Positions 15,501 through 27,752 of a stretch of 64,000 nucleotides of DNA are shown piece by piece. Source of the DNA: Macrostomum lignano (taxonomy: Eukaryota); contig NIVC01000613.1 in assembly GCA_002269645.1 (NCBI GenBank), positions 84,834-148,833 on the forward strand. Direction: 5' to 3'. Each line of letters opens with the position of its first letter. The stretch's first letter is position 1. The notes beneath the pieces were generated by a model. The model was not told the origin of the DNA. It ran no database searches and saw nothing but the letters and a program-made list of their open reading frames with translations. A program made the translations under genes and the position numbers.

Positions 15501-18500
15501 AACTCGGACAGGCTCACCTATTATAAAGTACAATATCGGGCAGCCAAATCTTCTGACAGGGAATGCGCAAGATTTCCAATCCGTTGTACTCCTTGGGATC
15601 CCAGTGGAGTCGCTCGTCGTGCCATTCCTAGAAATCGGAGGGAATCGGGGCTTCTCGCGATCGCTGCTAAACTATTTAGCATAATTGTCCTAGAAATGCT
15701 ATCCAGGCATTTCAGCTAGGATCTCGTAATTTAAACAGAATTTCATTTGCAAAAACTTGAGTCTGTTGAAATACAAACTCTGTTCTACAATGCAAGGATC
15801 ACTAGTAGTCCTTGATGGGGCAGGCTTGATATTGGTTTGACAACTTTGGCAACCGGAATCTTCACCAGCCCGAATCTTCACCAACCCGAATCTTCACCAA
15901 CCCGAATCTTCACTAATCTGAATTTCACCAACCCGAATCTTCATCAACCCGAATATTCACCAACCCGAATCTTCACCAACCCGAATCTTCAATAACCTGA
16001 ATCTTCACTAACCCGAATCTTCACCAACCCGAATCTTCACCAACCCGAATCTTCACCAACCCAAATCTTCACTAACTTGAATCTTTACCAACCCGAATCT
16101 TCACTAACCTGAATCTTCACTAACCTGAATCTTCACCAACCCGAATCTTCACCAACCCAAATATTCACCAACTCGAATCTTCACCAACCCGAATCTTCAC
16201 CAACCCGAATCTTCACTAACTTGAATCTTTACCAACCCTAATCTTCACTAACCTGAATCTTCACCAACCCGAATCTTCACCAACCCAAATATTCGCCAAC
16301 TCGAATCTTCACCAACCCGAATCTACACCAACCCGAATCTTCACCAACCCGAATCTTCACCAACCCGAATCTTCACCAACCCGAATCTTCACCAACTCGA
16401 ATCTTCACCAACCCGAATCTTCACCAACCCGAATCTTCACCAACCCGAATCTTCACCAACCCGAATCTGCACCAACCCGAATCTTCACCAACCCGAATCT
16501 TCACCAACCCGAATCTTCACCAACCCAAATCTTCACTAACTTGAATCTTTACCAACCCTAATCTTCACTAACCTGAATCTTCACCAACCCGAATCTTCAC
16601 CAACCCAAATATTCACCAACTCGAATCTTCACCAACCCGAATCTGCACCAGCCCGAATAAGCAAACTTTTACTATCTCATCCTTAAAGTCTTCTAACATC
16701 CTCTCGCGCAAACCCGGCCATCGGATGCCGATAAAAAATCCCCAAAAAGTTTTACACTGCCAATCCCAAGTAGGTGGGAACGCAGGCAGTTGCCTTTGCG
16801 AGTCATAAACGAAAGTTATCGTTTATTTCAACACTCGCCACCTGTCAAGATATTGGCAGTTAAGCCAAGTGCAGCTGCACAGATATTTTTTCAATACAGA
16901 CAGAGTGTACATTCCTGACCATTAGAAAGTCAAAGTACACCCAGTGTGAGCGGATTTATCCCTGGGAAATTAACAAGCACAGCTAAACTCACCTGCTCCA
17001 GCCAGACATTGGTAGTCAGCACTTGGTTAACCTCATCCTGAAAATTAATCATTTTATTTTCGTAAAGGATTCTGACAACTGGAAGACTACCAGAAGACAG
17101 TAAAAGCCAGGATTCAGTCACGACTATCCCTATGATTTCCCAGAAGACTTGATGCGGATGAAAGATTTCTTTTAATCTTTTAATCCTGAACTCTTTGATC
17201 TATCGGATGCCCCAGAGAATGGTGTCCCCAATTTAGAAGAGCGGCAATGATTAAAAGAATTTCTGCTAACGAAAACCTTTCCGAGACAAAATTAGCTACT
17301 GTATATGTGAATGCGGAGACCGCGAGGAAGACCATGGACTCTTAATTATACTTATAAATCTGGATTGGAAACTTTTTTGATTCATTTAAAAGATTAGAAA
17401 ACTGAATTTAGCAGATATGAGACACAGGAGATGCAGAGGGAGATACAGGAGATGCAGAGGGAGATACAGGAGATGCAGAGGGAGATACAGGAGATGCAGA
17501 GGGAGATACAGGAGATGCAGAGGGAGATACAGGAGATGCAGAGGGAGACACAGGAGATGCAGAGGGAGATACAGGAGATACAGAGGGAGATGCAGAGGGA
17601 GACACATGAGATGCAGAAGGAGATGTAGAGGATGCGGCAGAGGGAGATTCAGAGGATGAGGCAGAGGGAGAGGCAGATGAAGACAGAGAGGGAGGCACAG
17701 GAGAGGCAGAGGGAGACACAGGAAGGACAGCCAGACACAGTCGGTCCCCGCTCCAGGCCCAATATCGCAGGCCTCCATGGCTGGCATCAAATCGATTCCA
17801 GCCACTGTTGAGTCCCTCAGATTTGCTGCACGAACGGACACAGCTAATTCAAGATAATAGATAAGAGAGGGTGAAGTGAGAGTCCGCACTCAACCCTACT
17901 CTCGCTACACTGTCACACTGCTAGGACGCTAAATTAGACACCCGTCTATCTGCCCAGATCTCCACTGAGTAAGAGATGTAGAGTGGCTTGTGAGAGGAGG
18001 CAGAATCCTCGCATTGCAATTTCAGACTCCGCCGCATCCCTACTTCATCTACTCCATCTTCCTTATCTATTCTAATAGTTTCTTAAGCTTATTTTGCAGA
18101 TAATCCAGTGGTTGCTGTTGTTGCCCCGGCATGCGGAGCCTTCTGCTCATCCGGTGTGAGGGCCGAGAGTTCGCGTCTTCAGCTCATTATTGTGAGCGCA
18201 GAAAAGACGCAGCCAAGTGGCATAATCCAGGATGACTAGCTGAGAGGCTGAATGAGAAGCTGAGGGAGATGCAGAGGAGGCAGAGGGGAAGAGGGGGGGC
18301 AGAAACAGAGGGGCAGGCAGAGGGGCGGAGGGGCAGGCAGAGGTGCGGAGGGGTAGGCAGAGGTGCGGAGGGGTAGTCAGAGGGGCGGAGGGCCAGGCAG
18401 AGGGGCGGAGGGGCAGGAAGAGGGGCGGAGGGGTAGGCAGAGTGGCGGAGGGGCAGGCAGAGGGGCGGAGGGGCAGGCAGAGGGGCGGAGGGGCAGGCAG

Positions 18501-20189
18501 AGGAGCGGAGGGGCAGGCAGAGGGGCGGAGGGTAGGCAGAGGGGCGGAGGGGTAGGCAGAGGGGCGGAGGGGTAGGCAGAGGGGCGGAGGGGTAGGCAGA
18601 GGGGCGGAGGGGTAGGCAGAGGGGCGGAGGGGCAGGCAGAGGGGCGGAGGGGCAGACAGAGGGGCGGAGGGGCAGACAGAGGGGCGGAGGGGCAGGCAGA
18701 GGGGCAGAGGGGCAGACAGAGGGGCGGAGGGCAGGCAGAGGGGCGGAGGGGCAGGCAGAGGGGCGGAGGGGCAGGCAGAGGGGCGGAGGGCAGGCAGAGG
18801 GGCGGAGGGCAGGCAGAGGGGCGGAGGGATAGGCAGAGGGGACACTGACCATGTCTGTAATGAGGATGAGGGCGAACCCGAATCGCACAGTGACCTGGTC
18901 GGAAGCGTTAATGACCGGCCTCACGGAGGGGTCATAGCGGATCATGAGGTTCTCCATGAGCTGCTGCTCGTCAGGTTTTCGTTTGCCCGTGCCGAGGCGC
19001 CTGTCGCCTGAAGAGCGAATAAGCATTTCTTGTTTTTTTTTGTTTGATTGACAGCCGATGTAGTCTGACTGTTTTAATTGATTATTACCTTAATTAAAAG
19101 CCGAACATTACACTTTTTGCAGCCTATTCAACACTACAGGCATATTTATTAATTATTGATTAGAAGGTTTCCAGTGAATCACTGAATCCTGAGATGCCGT
19201 AGCTGAGTACAGTGACTGAATCCTGAGCTGCCTTAGCTGAGTACAGTGACTGAATCCTGAGATGCCTTAGCTGAGTACAGTGACTGAATCCTGAGATTCC
19301 TTAGCTGAGTACAGTGACTGAATCCTGAGCTGCCTTAGCTGAGTACAGTGACTGAATCCTGAGCTGACTTAGCTGAGTACAGTGACTGAATCCTGAGCTG
19401 CCTTAGCTGAGTACAGTGACTGAATCCTGAGATGCCGTAGCTGAGTACAGTGACTGAATCCTGAGCTGCCTTAGCTGAGTACAGTGACTGAATCCTGAGA
19501 TGCCTTAGCTGAGTACAGTGACTGAATCCTGAGATGCCTTAGCTGAGTACAGTGACTGAATCCTGAGCTGCCTTAGCTGAGTACAGTGACTGAATCCTGA
19601 GCTGCCTTAGCTGAGTACAGTGACTGAATCCTGAGCTGCCTTAGCTGAGTACAGTGACTGAATCCTGAGCTGCCTTAGCTGAGTACAGTGACTGAATCCT
19701 GAGATGCCGTAGCTGAGTACAGTGACTGAATCCTGAGCTGCCTTAGCTGAGTACAGTGACTGAATCCTGAGATGCCTTCTACAAAACCAGTTCCGCCCAA
19801 GCTACAAGAGAACCAATTAAGAGATTAAGGAAATTCCGCCAGGGTTTCCATACGACTCCTGAAGCCTTTATTCAATCAGCTTTTTAGTTTGATGCCCGGA
19901 AAGCAGAAAATCTGCAACTCGATGTCCAGACTCCATGACGGCAGCGACTTTGCCCAATGGCGATGCTCACCAACTGGGATATCTGCACCATCGCAATCTG
20001 GAACCGGACTTCCAGCGTTGCCGACGCATCAATGGTGGGCCTGGATGCCGGCTCGTAGTCTGTGAGCAGGTGGGTGAGCAGCCGCTGCTCATCTGTGACC
20101 GCAGCCGACGGCTCTGTTGTCGAACTGGCCACCAAAGAAGAGTCAAGAAGACCAGCAAACAGGCAGACTATGACGCTCAGATGTGGCAT
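12518..20189 (-). CDS. Cys-loop ligand-gated cation channel subunit (nicotinic acetylcholine receptor-like, non-alpha), isoform A, ~501 aa
   Basis: Exons are 20189-19971 (signal peptide + DEQRL...ISQL, phase 0), 17037-16993 ([15 protein letters not shown]), 15627-15518 (EWHDERLHW...WLPDIVLYN), 15356-15159 (Cys loop [21 protein letters not shown]), 15070-14992, 14381-14123 (M1, M2 [12 protein letters not shown]) and 13113-12518 (M3, loop, M4). All junctions are GT-AG and in phase. Confidence 0.92.
13185..14002. repeat. 20-bp minisatellite (TAGGTAGATTGGGGCGGATT)n in the last receptor intron
   Basis: Direct inspection. Confidence 0.95.
14425..14850. repeat. 52-bp tandem repeat, ~8 copies, intronic
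   Basis: GTACATTCGGGGAGAGAGATGAAATGCCAAGATAGGGTTGAGGGCTCAGAGT. Confidence 0.95.
15858..16655. repeat. 16-bp minisatellite (AATCTTCACCAACCCG)n, intronic
   Basis: Direct inspection. Confidence 0.95.
17420..17720. repeat. 21-bp minisatellite (GAGATACAGGAGATGCAGAGG)n, intronic
   Basis: Direct inspection. Confidence 0.9.
18255..18842. repeat. 20-bp G-rich minisatellite (GGCAGAGGGGCGGAGGGG(C/T)A)n abutting the donor of exon 19007-18850
   Basis: Direct inspection. Confidence 0.95.
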
Positions 20190-21314
20190 TCTTTAGCTTA
20201 GAGTGAAATTTCCCGACTTTCTTTTACAACCTCTGTTTGTCCGCTCTTATATATAGAAGAAGATCTATTTGGACACACGTGTGCCAAGCTGGCTACTTAT
20301 ATGAGTAGAAGGCAGTGTCTAGAGGTCATTTTTTACTATAAAATTTAGAAGTTCTTGAAGAGGATTAATGGGAAAAATCAATGAATAAAATCTACGAAAT
20401 CTCAAGTCCACTTGACTCGAAGCTGTAATGTTCATGTCCAAAATCACTTGGCCGATGTCTGTCTGTCTGTCTTTTCTATTTGAACTGGCTATAGAGTCTT
20501 GAAGATGTGAAAGCTGAACTTGAGTCTGTCAATCATAATCTGATGGAATCACCGCTTTAGGAAATCTCCCTGCCTGATCTTCTGCAGAGCCATTCGTGAC
20601 TTACTGGGGAAAATTATGGTAAGGGGGAAATGCTCACCCGAAACTGTGCATCACAAACTGCACATCAGAAACTGCGCATCACAAGCTGCACATCACAAAC
20701 TACACATCACAAACTGCACATCACAAACTACACATCACAAACTGCACATCACAAACTGCATATCACAAGCTGCACATCTCAAACTGCACATCTCAAACTG
20801 CACATCTCAAACTGCACATCACAAACTGCACGTCACAAACTGCACATCACAAACTGCAAATCTCAAACTGCACATCACAAACTGCACGTCACAAACTGCA
20901 CATCACAAACTGCACATCACAAACTGCACATCACAAGCTGCAGATCTCAAACTGCACACCACAAACTGCGCATCACAAACTGCACATCACAAACGGCACA
21001 TCACAAACTGCACATCACAAGCTGCACATCACAAACTGCACATCACCTAAATTGGAATATCTAAATTAAAATTTTACATTGCATTGTTATGTTTCGATTA
21101 TATAATTTACAAAGCTATTATAGAGTCTTTCTAGGAAAATACGCCGAATTTAACGGGTATTAAAGCAAGAATTTGATAAAATACATTTGAATAACTCACT
21201 AGAATTTGTAGTATCAGTAGTGGAGCAGAAGATCGCATTGCAGAAAACAATAATAATGGACAAATTAATTACTAAAAGTATAGAGAACTTATTCAAGCAC
21301 CAGTGAGGTACCAT
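18850..21314 (-). CDS. Alternative N-terminal module (isoform B, ~519 aa) of the same receptor subunit: exon 21314-21200 + exon 19007-18850
   Basis: ACCATGG start, hydrophobic signal-like MVPHWCLNKFSILLVINLSIIIVFCNAIFC and phase-1 donor GTGAGT. The second exon has acceptor CTCTTCAG, encodes [42 protein letters not shown] and ends in a phase-0 donor GTCAGT compatible with the 17037 exon. Confidence 0.8.
19172..19778. repeat. 34-bp minisatellite (GCTGAGTACAGTGACTGAATCCTGAG(C/A)TGCCTTA)n
   Basis: About 18 near-identical units. Confidence 0.95.
20246..20255 (-). promoter_or_regulatory. Candidate TATA box for the isoform-A first exon
   Basis: TATATATAAG on the minus strand, ~60 nt upstream of ATG 20189. 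Confidence 0.5.
20640..21046. repeat. 14-bp minisatellite (CACATCACAAACTG)n
   Basis: Direct inspection. Confidence 0.95.
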
Positions 21315-21869
21315 GGTGCTCAGCCTTAGGCCATTGATTGCTCCGAAAAGTCTCAAGTCAAACCTGGCATTTCGCCTTGACTCTCGAGAGCTTGTAGAGC
21401 TATAAAAAGGGATTTTTTGGTCAGCCAATCAACAGACACACTGCCCCGTGCAGATTTGCGAGCTCTCTACCTTCAGTCAGTCAGTCTTATGAAATGAAAC
21501 TCCAGATCTTAATCCCCCCGGAAAAACCTTGGGGCTAGAGGGCCAACTGGGCGCACCTGTCAGCAAGTTCCCCCCCCCCCGCTTCCTTGAAGTATTGAGC
21601 TATACGGGAAGTCTTGAATAAGTGCAGCTTATAGTCTTCAAGAGAAGTCTCGAACTCTCTGCTCTGAGAAAGATCCTGCTTAGTTAAGTTAGGTATTCTT
21701 CCTGAGTGTGGATTTTTGTCATGCTCTTCGTCTGAGCAATGTTTGCACACTTCTAAGCATTTCTCTTCTAGAGAAGACAGGTCATGCTATGCTACCTACA
21801 TGTACGAGTATGTGTTTCAATGCACATGTGCATGGTTAAGAAAGCAAAAATGCAGATTTAATTTCATTG

Positions 21870-22405
21870 AAATCATTGTCTATGGCTCACACAATTTCTA
21901 TGGCTCTGAAATGATTGTCTATGGCTCTAAAATGATTGTCTATGGCTCTGAAATCATTGTCTATGGCTCTGATATGATTGTCTATGGCTCTGATATGATT
22001 GTCTATGGCTCTGATATGATTGTCTATGGCTCTGATATGATTGTCTATGGCTCTGAAATCATTGTCTATGGCTCTGAAATCATTGTCTATGGCTTCGAAA
22101 TCATTGTCTATGGCTCTGAAATGATTGTCTATGGCTCTGAAATCATTGTCTATGGCTCTGAAATCATTGTCTATGGCTCTGAAATCATTGTCTATGGCTC
22201 TGAAATCATTGTCTATGGCTCTGAAATGATTGTCTATGGCTCTGAAATGATTGTCTATGGCTCTGAAATCATTTTCTATGGCTCTGAAATGATTGTCTAT
22301 GGCTCTGAAATGATTGTCTATGGCTCTGAAATCATTTTCTATGGCTCTGAAATGATTGTCTATGGCTCTGAAATGATTGTCTATGGCTCTGAAATCATTT
22401 TCTAT
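21870..22405. repeat. 21-bp minisatellite (ATTGTCTATGGCTCTGAAAT(G/C))n
   Basis: Direct inspection. Confidence 0.95.
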
Positions 22406-22769
22406 GACGCCGAAACAACAACGTTAAAAATATCAAGCTTTTTCCCAGTCGGTCAAAAACTATTTTTATAGCGACTTCGAACAGTCAAGTTGAATTCAAG
22501 TGGTTCCATGTCTCATCCGCGTTCTCCCCCATTTCATCAAACCAAGTGCCGCTGAACACTCGACTCCAGTCCGTTTCGAACGGATCTGAAGCACAGCAAG
22601 CAGCGGTTAAGGCGAAAAGTACATTGAAGAAGCAGCGATGGCGGCTTTAATAGCAAAGTGCTTTCTCCCTCAGATAGACAGGTGCTATTTAATGGAAATA
22701 TACAAGCGTACGTTCTTTGCACTTTATTATAATGACCGAATGTCCGCTTCTGTAATCTCGTAGTGACTG

Positions 22770-22810
22770 TCTTTGTCTGTCCGTCTGTCTGTCTGTCTTA
22801 GTGTCTTAGT

Positions 22811-22844
<34 letters not shown>

Positions 22845-22854
22845 CTGTCTGTCG

Positions 22855-22918
<64 letters not shown>

Positions 22919-22921
22919 TAG

Positions 22922-22976
<55 letters not shown>

Positions 22977-22986
22977 CTGTCTGTCG

Positions 22987-23069
<83 letters not shown>

Positions 23070-23088
23070 CGGCTGTCTGCCTGCCTGC
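22770..23088. repeat. (TCTG)n microsatellite
   Basis: Direct inspection. Confidence 0.97.
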
Positions 23089-23805
23089 CCATCTAACTCA
23101 GGGATCACTCAGCCCAACTGTCAGTAATCAGAGTCGGTTCGGCCTAAATTCCAGGCAAAGTTTTGGCCGGGAGACTTAACGAACAGAGCACGCCACAGGC
23201 GGTCCCCAACTCTTGCTTGCTCTTGCATTTATCCCATTCTGTCGAGCCAAACTTTGCCGGTCAGCGCCCCAGCTCCCCTCCCAGTCTCCCTTCATCTCTC
23301 CCGTTTAACTAAGTAAGTAAGAAGTCGAAATCAAATAGTTTTATCCCATTCTCCCTCCTAAAGTAAATTGCGTTACGGCTCATGCTATTCCGCCCTGTTA
23401 GCTACAGAAAAAAATAAACTAAAAGATACAAAGAAGCGCGCTTTGGACTGCTCAGAGTTGCTTTTAGAAGACAAGATTAATGATGTATAGCGAAATGCTA
23501 TTTTGCCTGGAGTGCAAATGCATGAAATGCTTTTAATGCGGTTGCAATGTTACTGCTGATTGCAAAATAAAAAAAGGCTTGATCTAGATGACATTGGAAT
23601 TTCGGGACTGTGTTATTAGTGACCTGTCTGTGGGTTTCTGAATGGACTGAAGAGCATCACCTGATTGAAAAACGTTGTAATAGTTCAACTCTATTGTCTA
23701 CCAGTGTAATACATTAGCATTTTTTTATCTTTCATCATTCGTTTACAGCTTCCATTGAGTATAATCCTAATTCAGGGAGGGAGGTACATGAACAATGTCT
23801 GGACT

Positions 23806-24533
23806 CAGGGGCGTCACCATGGATTTTATGGTGGGGGGACAAAGCCAGGAATTCTACATGTACGTGTAAATGACCAAATTCCTACATGTACATTACTTTT
23901 AGAATCGATTTTGTCAGCGCTCATTTTAGCACCGCAGACACTCATTTTGGCGCCGCAGGCACTCATTTTGGCGCCGCAGGCACTCATTTTTGCACCGCAG
24001 ACACTCATTTTGGCGCTGCAGGCACTCATTATTGCACCGCATGCACTCATTTTTGCACCGCAGACACTTATTTTGGCGCCGCAGGTACTCATTTTGGCGC
24101 CGCAGGCACTCATTTTGGCGCCGCAGGCACTCATTTTGGCGCCACAGACACATATTTTGGCGCCGCAGGCACTCATTTTAGCACCGCAGACACTCATTTT
24201 AGCGTCGCAGGCACTTATTTTGGCGCCGCAGGCACTCATTTTGGCGCCGCAGACACTCATTTTGGCGCCGCAGGCACTCATTTCGGCGCTGCAGACACTC
24301 ATTTCGGCGCTGCAGGCACTTATTTTGGCGCCGCAGGCACTCATTTTAGCGCCGCAGGCACTCATTTTATAATAGTGCCGCAGGCGCTATATTTTGTCGC
24401 CGTGAAGCAAAATTATTGATTTTCATAACGGGTAACAAGGTGGGGTAGGGGGGGACAAAGCATTGGCATGTCCCCCCATAGATTTCACTGGGGGGACATG
24501 TCCCACTGCCCCCTCCCAGTGACGACGCCCCTG
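23806..24533. mobile_element. Non-autonomous hAT-like TIR element carrying an internal 21-bp minisatellite (CACTCATTTTGGCGCCGCAGG, ~23920-24365)
   Basis: Termini CAGGGGCGTC (23806) and GACGCCCCTG (24533) are inverted repeats. The 8-bp flanks TCTGGACT and TCTGCTCT match at 6/8, and GGGGGGACA subterminal motifs occur near both ends. Confidence 0.6.
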
Positions 24534-25224
24534 TCTGCTCTGATGTTTTTCATAATGTGCTTGATATGAGCTGCAACGCCTGCAATGGTGTTACACTTTA
24601 AAGTAATGTTAGCTTTATATCAGAGAAATTCAGAATGCAAAATGCAGTAGCAGTTCATTTTTGTATTCCACACCTTTTTGGGCGGCCACAATCGCGCTTA
24701 AATAACTTATGAATTTGGAAGCAGTTCAAATAAAAGCGCTGACTTATATAGCGCATTATTAACTGCTCATGCTCAGGTTAACAGGCAAGCAGGTCGGTCG
24801 AGGTTAATTTGGTATGCAATATTTGCGGTTGGCAAACGCATTTCATATTTTTCTTTTATTATTTGCATGAACTGGAAAAACGATTTTGTATATATAATAA
24901 TTGTTCAACCAACTATGAAAATCGGCGCAGTAAGGCATTTTAGTCAACCAGAAGCTTACGGTGCAACCCATATCTGATATAGTTATCAATATACATGCAA
25001 TTTCTATATTACAAACCGACTGCTACATCATAAATCACTCACATCGTGAGGGCGTGCCGCAATAGACTGTGGGGAAAATATTGTAATTATCTTGTCGTTT
25101 TCTGTCTCTCCACTCAAAAGCACTGCCTGCGCTTCTCTGGGCCTCTGCAATATCATTTTTGCTAATCTCGTGTCAGCGTGATATTATCTTTTTGTTTTAT
25201 CAGATCAGGTCTTGCAGTTGTAAC

Positions 25225-26400
25225 TCTATCACATTTGAGGCTCATCTACACCAAATCTAGTCCAAACACATCTAGTTTCATCTACACCACATCTAGTCTT
25301 ATCTCCACCACATCTAGTCTTATCTCCATCACATCTAGTCTCATCTACACCACGTACATCGAGTCTTATCTCTAACAAATCTAGTCTTATCTCCAGCACA
25401 TCTAGTCTTATCTCCATTACATCTAGTCTTATCTCTATCACATCTAGTCTTATCTCTACCACATCTAGTCTTATCTCCATCACATCTAGTCTCATCTACA
25501 CCACGTACATCGAGTCTTATCTCTACCAAATCTAGTCTTACCTCCACCACATCTAGTCTTATCTCCATTACATCTTGTCTAATCTCTATCACATCTAGTC
25601 TTATCTCTACCACATCTAGTCTCATCTACACCAAATCTAGTCTTATCTCCAGCACATCTAGTCATCTACGCCACATCTAGTCTTATCTCCACCACATCTA
25701 GTCACATCTACACCACATCTATTCTTATCTACATCACATCTAGTCTTATCTCTATCACATCTAGTCCTATCTCCACCACATCTAGTCTTATCACCACCAT
25801 ATCTAGTCTTATCACCACCATATCTAGTCTTATCTCCTTCACATCTAGTCCTATCTCCACCACATCTAGTCTTATCACCACCACATCTAGTCTTATCTCC
25901 ATCATATATAGTCTTATCTCCATCACATCTAGTCTCATCTACACCATATCTAGTTTCATCTACACCACATCTAGTCTTATCTCCATTACATCTAGTCTTA
26001 TCTCTATCACATCTAGTCTTATCTCTACCACATCTAGTCTCATCTACACCAAATCTAGTCTTATCTCCAGCACATCTAGTCATCTACGCCACATCTAGTC
26101 TTATCTCCACCACATCTAGTCTCATCTACACCACACCTATTCTTATCTACATCACATCTAGTCTTATCTCCATCACATCTAGTCCTATCTCCACCACATC
26201 TAGTCTTATCACCACCATATCTAGTCTTATCTCCATCATATATAGTCTTATCTCCATCACATCTAGTCTCATCCTCACCACATCCAGTCTCATTCTCATC
26301 ACGTCAAGTCTCGTCCCCTTCGCGCCTATTCTCACTCCAATGACATCTACAGTTTCAACTCTAACCTACATCTAGTCTCATCTCCACCACATCTAGTCTC
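25225..26400. repeat. ~21-bp minisatellite (CATCTAGTCTTATCTCCACCA) with variant units
   Basis: Direct inspection. Confidence 0.93.
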
Positions 26401-27109
26401 AGCTTCATCCTGTATACTAAAATCACATTTATAATGATAGATTTCTCTGTATTACAACTAGATAGGCTGTCTCTTGTGAAGGTGGCATAAAGTACACCCT
26501 TCAATAACCGTATCAAAAGATTAAGCCAAAAAAACACAAGCAATAAATGCTTTGAGTCAATATTCAATGCACACTTTGCTCAATCTAAAGGTAGAATATA
26601 TCACATTAGATCAAGAAATGCAATGACTATATTATTAAAAGTATAAAATGTTTATATATTAATAGTATAGCTACTAAAAGTAGACAATCACACAGGAGTA
26701 TTATTGCATACAGTACATGGTGAACCCGAATGCTACATTGCTTAAAATCTAATGGCGGTGACCTTTTAAAGGCCTTAAAAGGCTAGAAAAATGCCCTAGA
26801 TATGACCACTGTTGTGATACAGAAAATGTGTAATCTTATAACTGACTAGAAAATAGATTAATATATCATGTCAAAAACTTACTTAATAATTTGCGCAGAT
26901 TTTTTAAAAACGAATGGTCAATAAAAAACAGAACAGAGATAGAAAAAACGGCTCTTTCTACTTCAATGTCGGCTTGTGAATTTTTCTCTCTACTCTCGAT
27001 GGAGGGCGAGGTAAAATGAAATCACTTCGCTTTCCAAGGATCTACACCAGGGTTCGACAAACTTTTTCAACGTAAGGGCCAGATATAAAATCTAGCGCAT
27101 GACTGCGGG

Positions 27110-27340
27110 CCAGAGAGAGGAGAGGAGAGAAGAGAGGAGAGTAGAGATGAGAGGAGAGGGAAGAGAAGGGAGACGTGGGAGAGGGGAGAGAGGGAATGAG
27201 GGGAGAAAGGAGAGAATGAAGAGGAGAGTGGAGAGAGGGAGAGAGGAGGGAAGAGATAGGAGACGGGAGAGGTGGGGAGAGAGGAGAGAGGCGAGATGAG
27301 AGATGAGAGGATAGATGAGCGGAGAGAGGAGACCTGAGAA
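27110..27340. repeat. Purine-rich low-complexity tract
   Basis: GA-rich, no fixed unit. Confidence 0.8.
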
Positions 27341-27752
27341 GAGACAACCCTTGAGTGGGCCAGGTTGTTATTGTGAAGTTTCATGGACCTAAACAAAGAG
27401 CCACTGGAGCTGCGCGAACTCCAAGAAGGTTCAATTAAGTCTGCTTGCTGATTCGGAGTCTTCGTTGAAGTCAATCGACGTTCAGTGGCACTACTGTTGC
27501 CCGTCAATAAGGACCAACCAAGGCAGTTCGAACAACTTTTTTCTTCAAAAATCTCGTAAAAATAAGAGCTACATGCACGAACCACTGCTGGACAGCAAGT
27601 AGCTGACAGAATGTTAACTTGGAGTGAAGCATCTAGGGTAGATAGTATCTGCAGGTGTCCTACTTCATTTGTCCATGAAACAGAGGCACTGTAACGTTTG
27701 TCTCTTTATATTGTAAATTTAAGTACACAAGTACACAAGTACACACGTGTAG

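Noticed and set aside
27380-27560. S1-domain-like GSIKSAC*FGVFVEV on the + strand
   Set aside because: It has an in-frame stop and only a few matching residues, so chance cannot be excluded.
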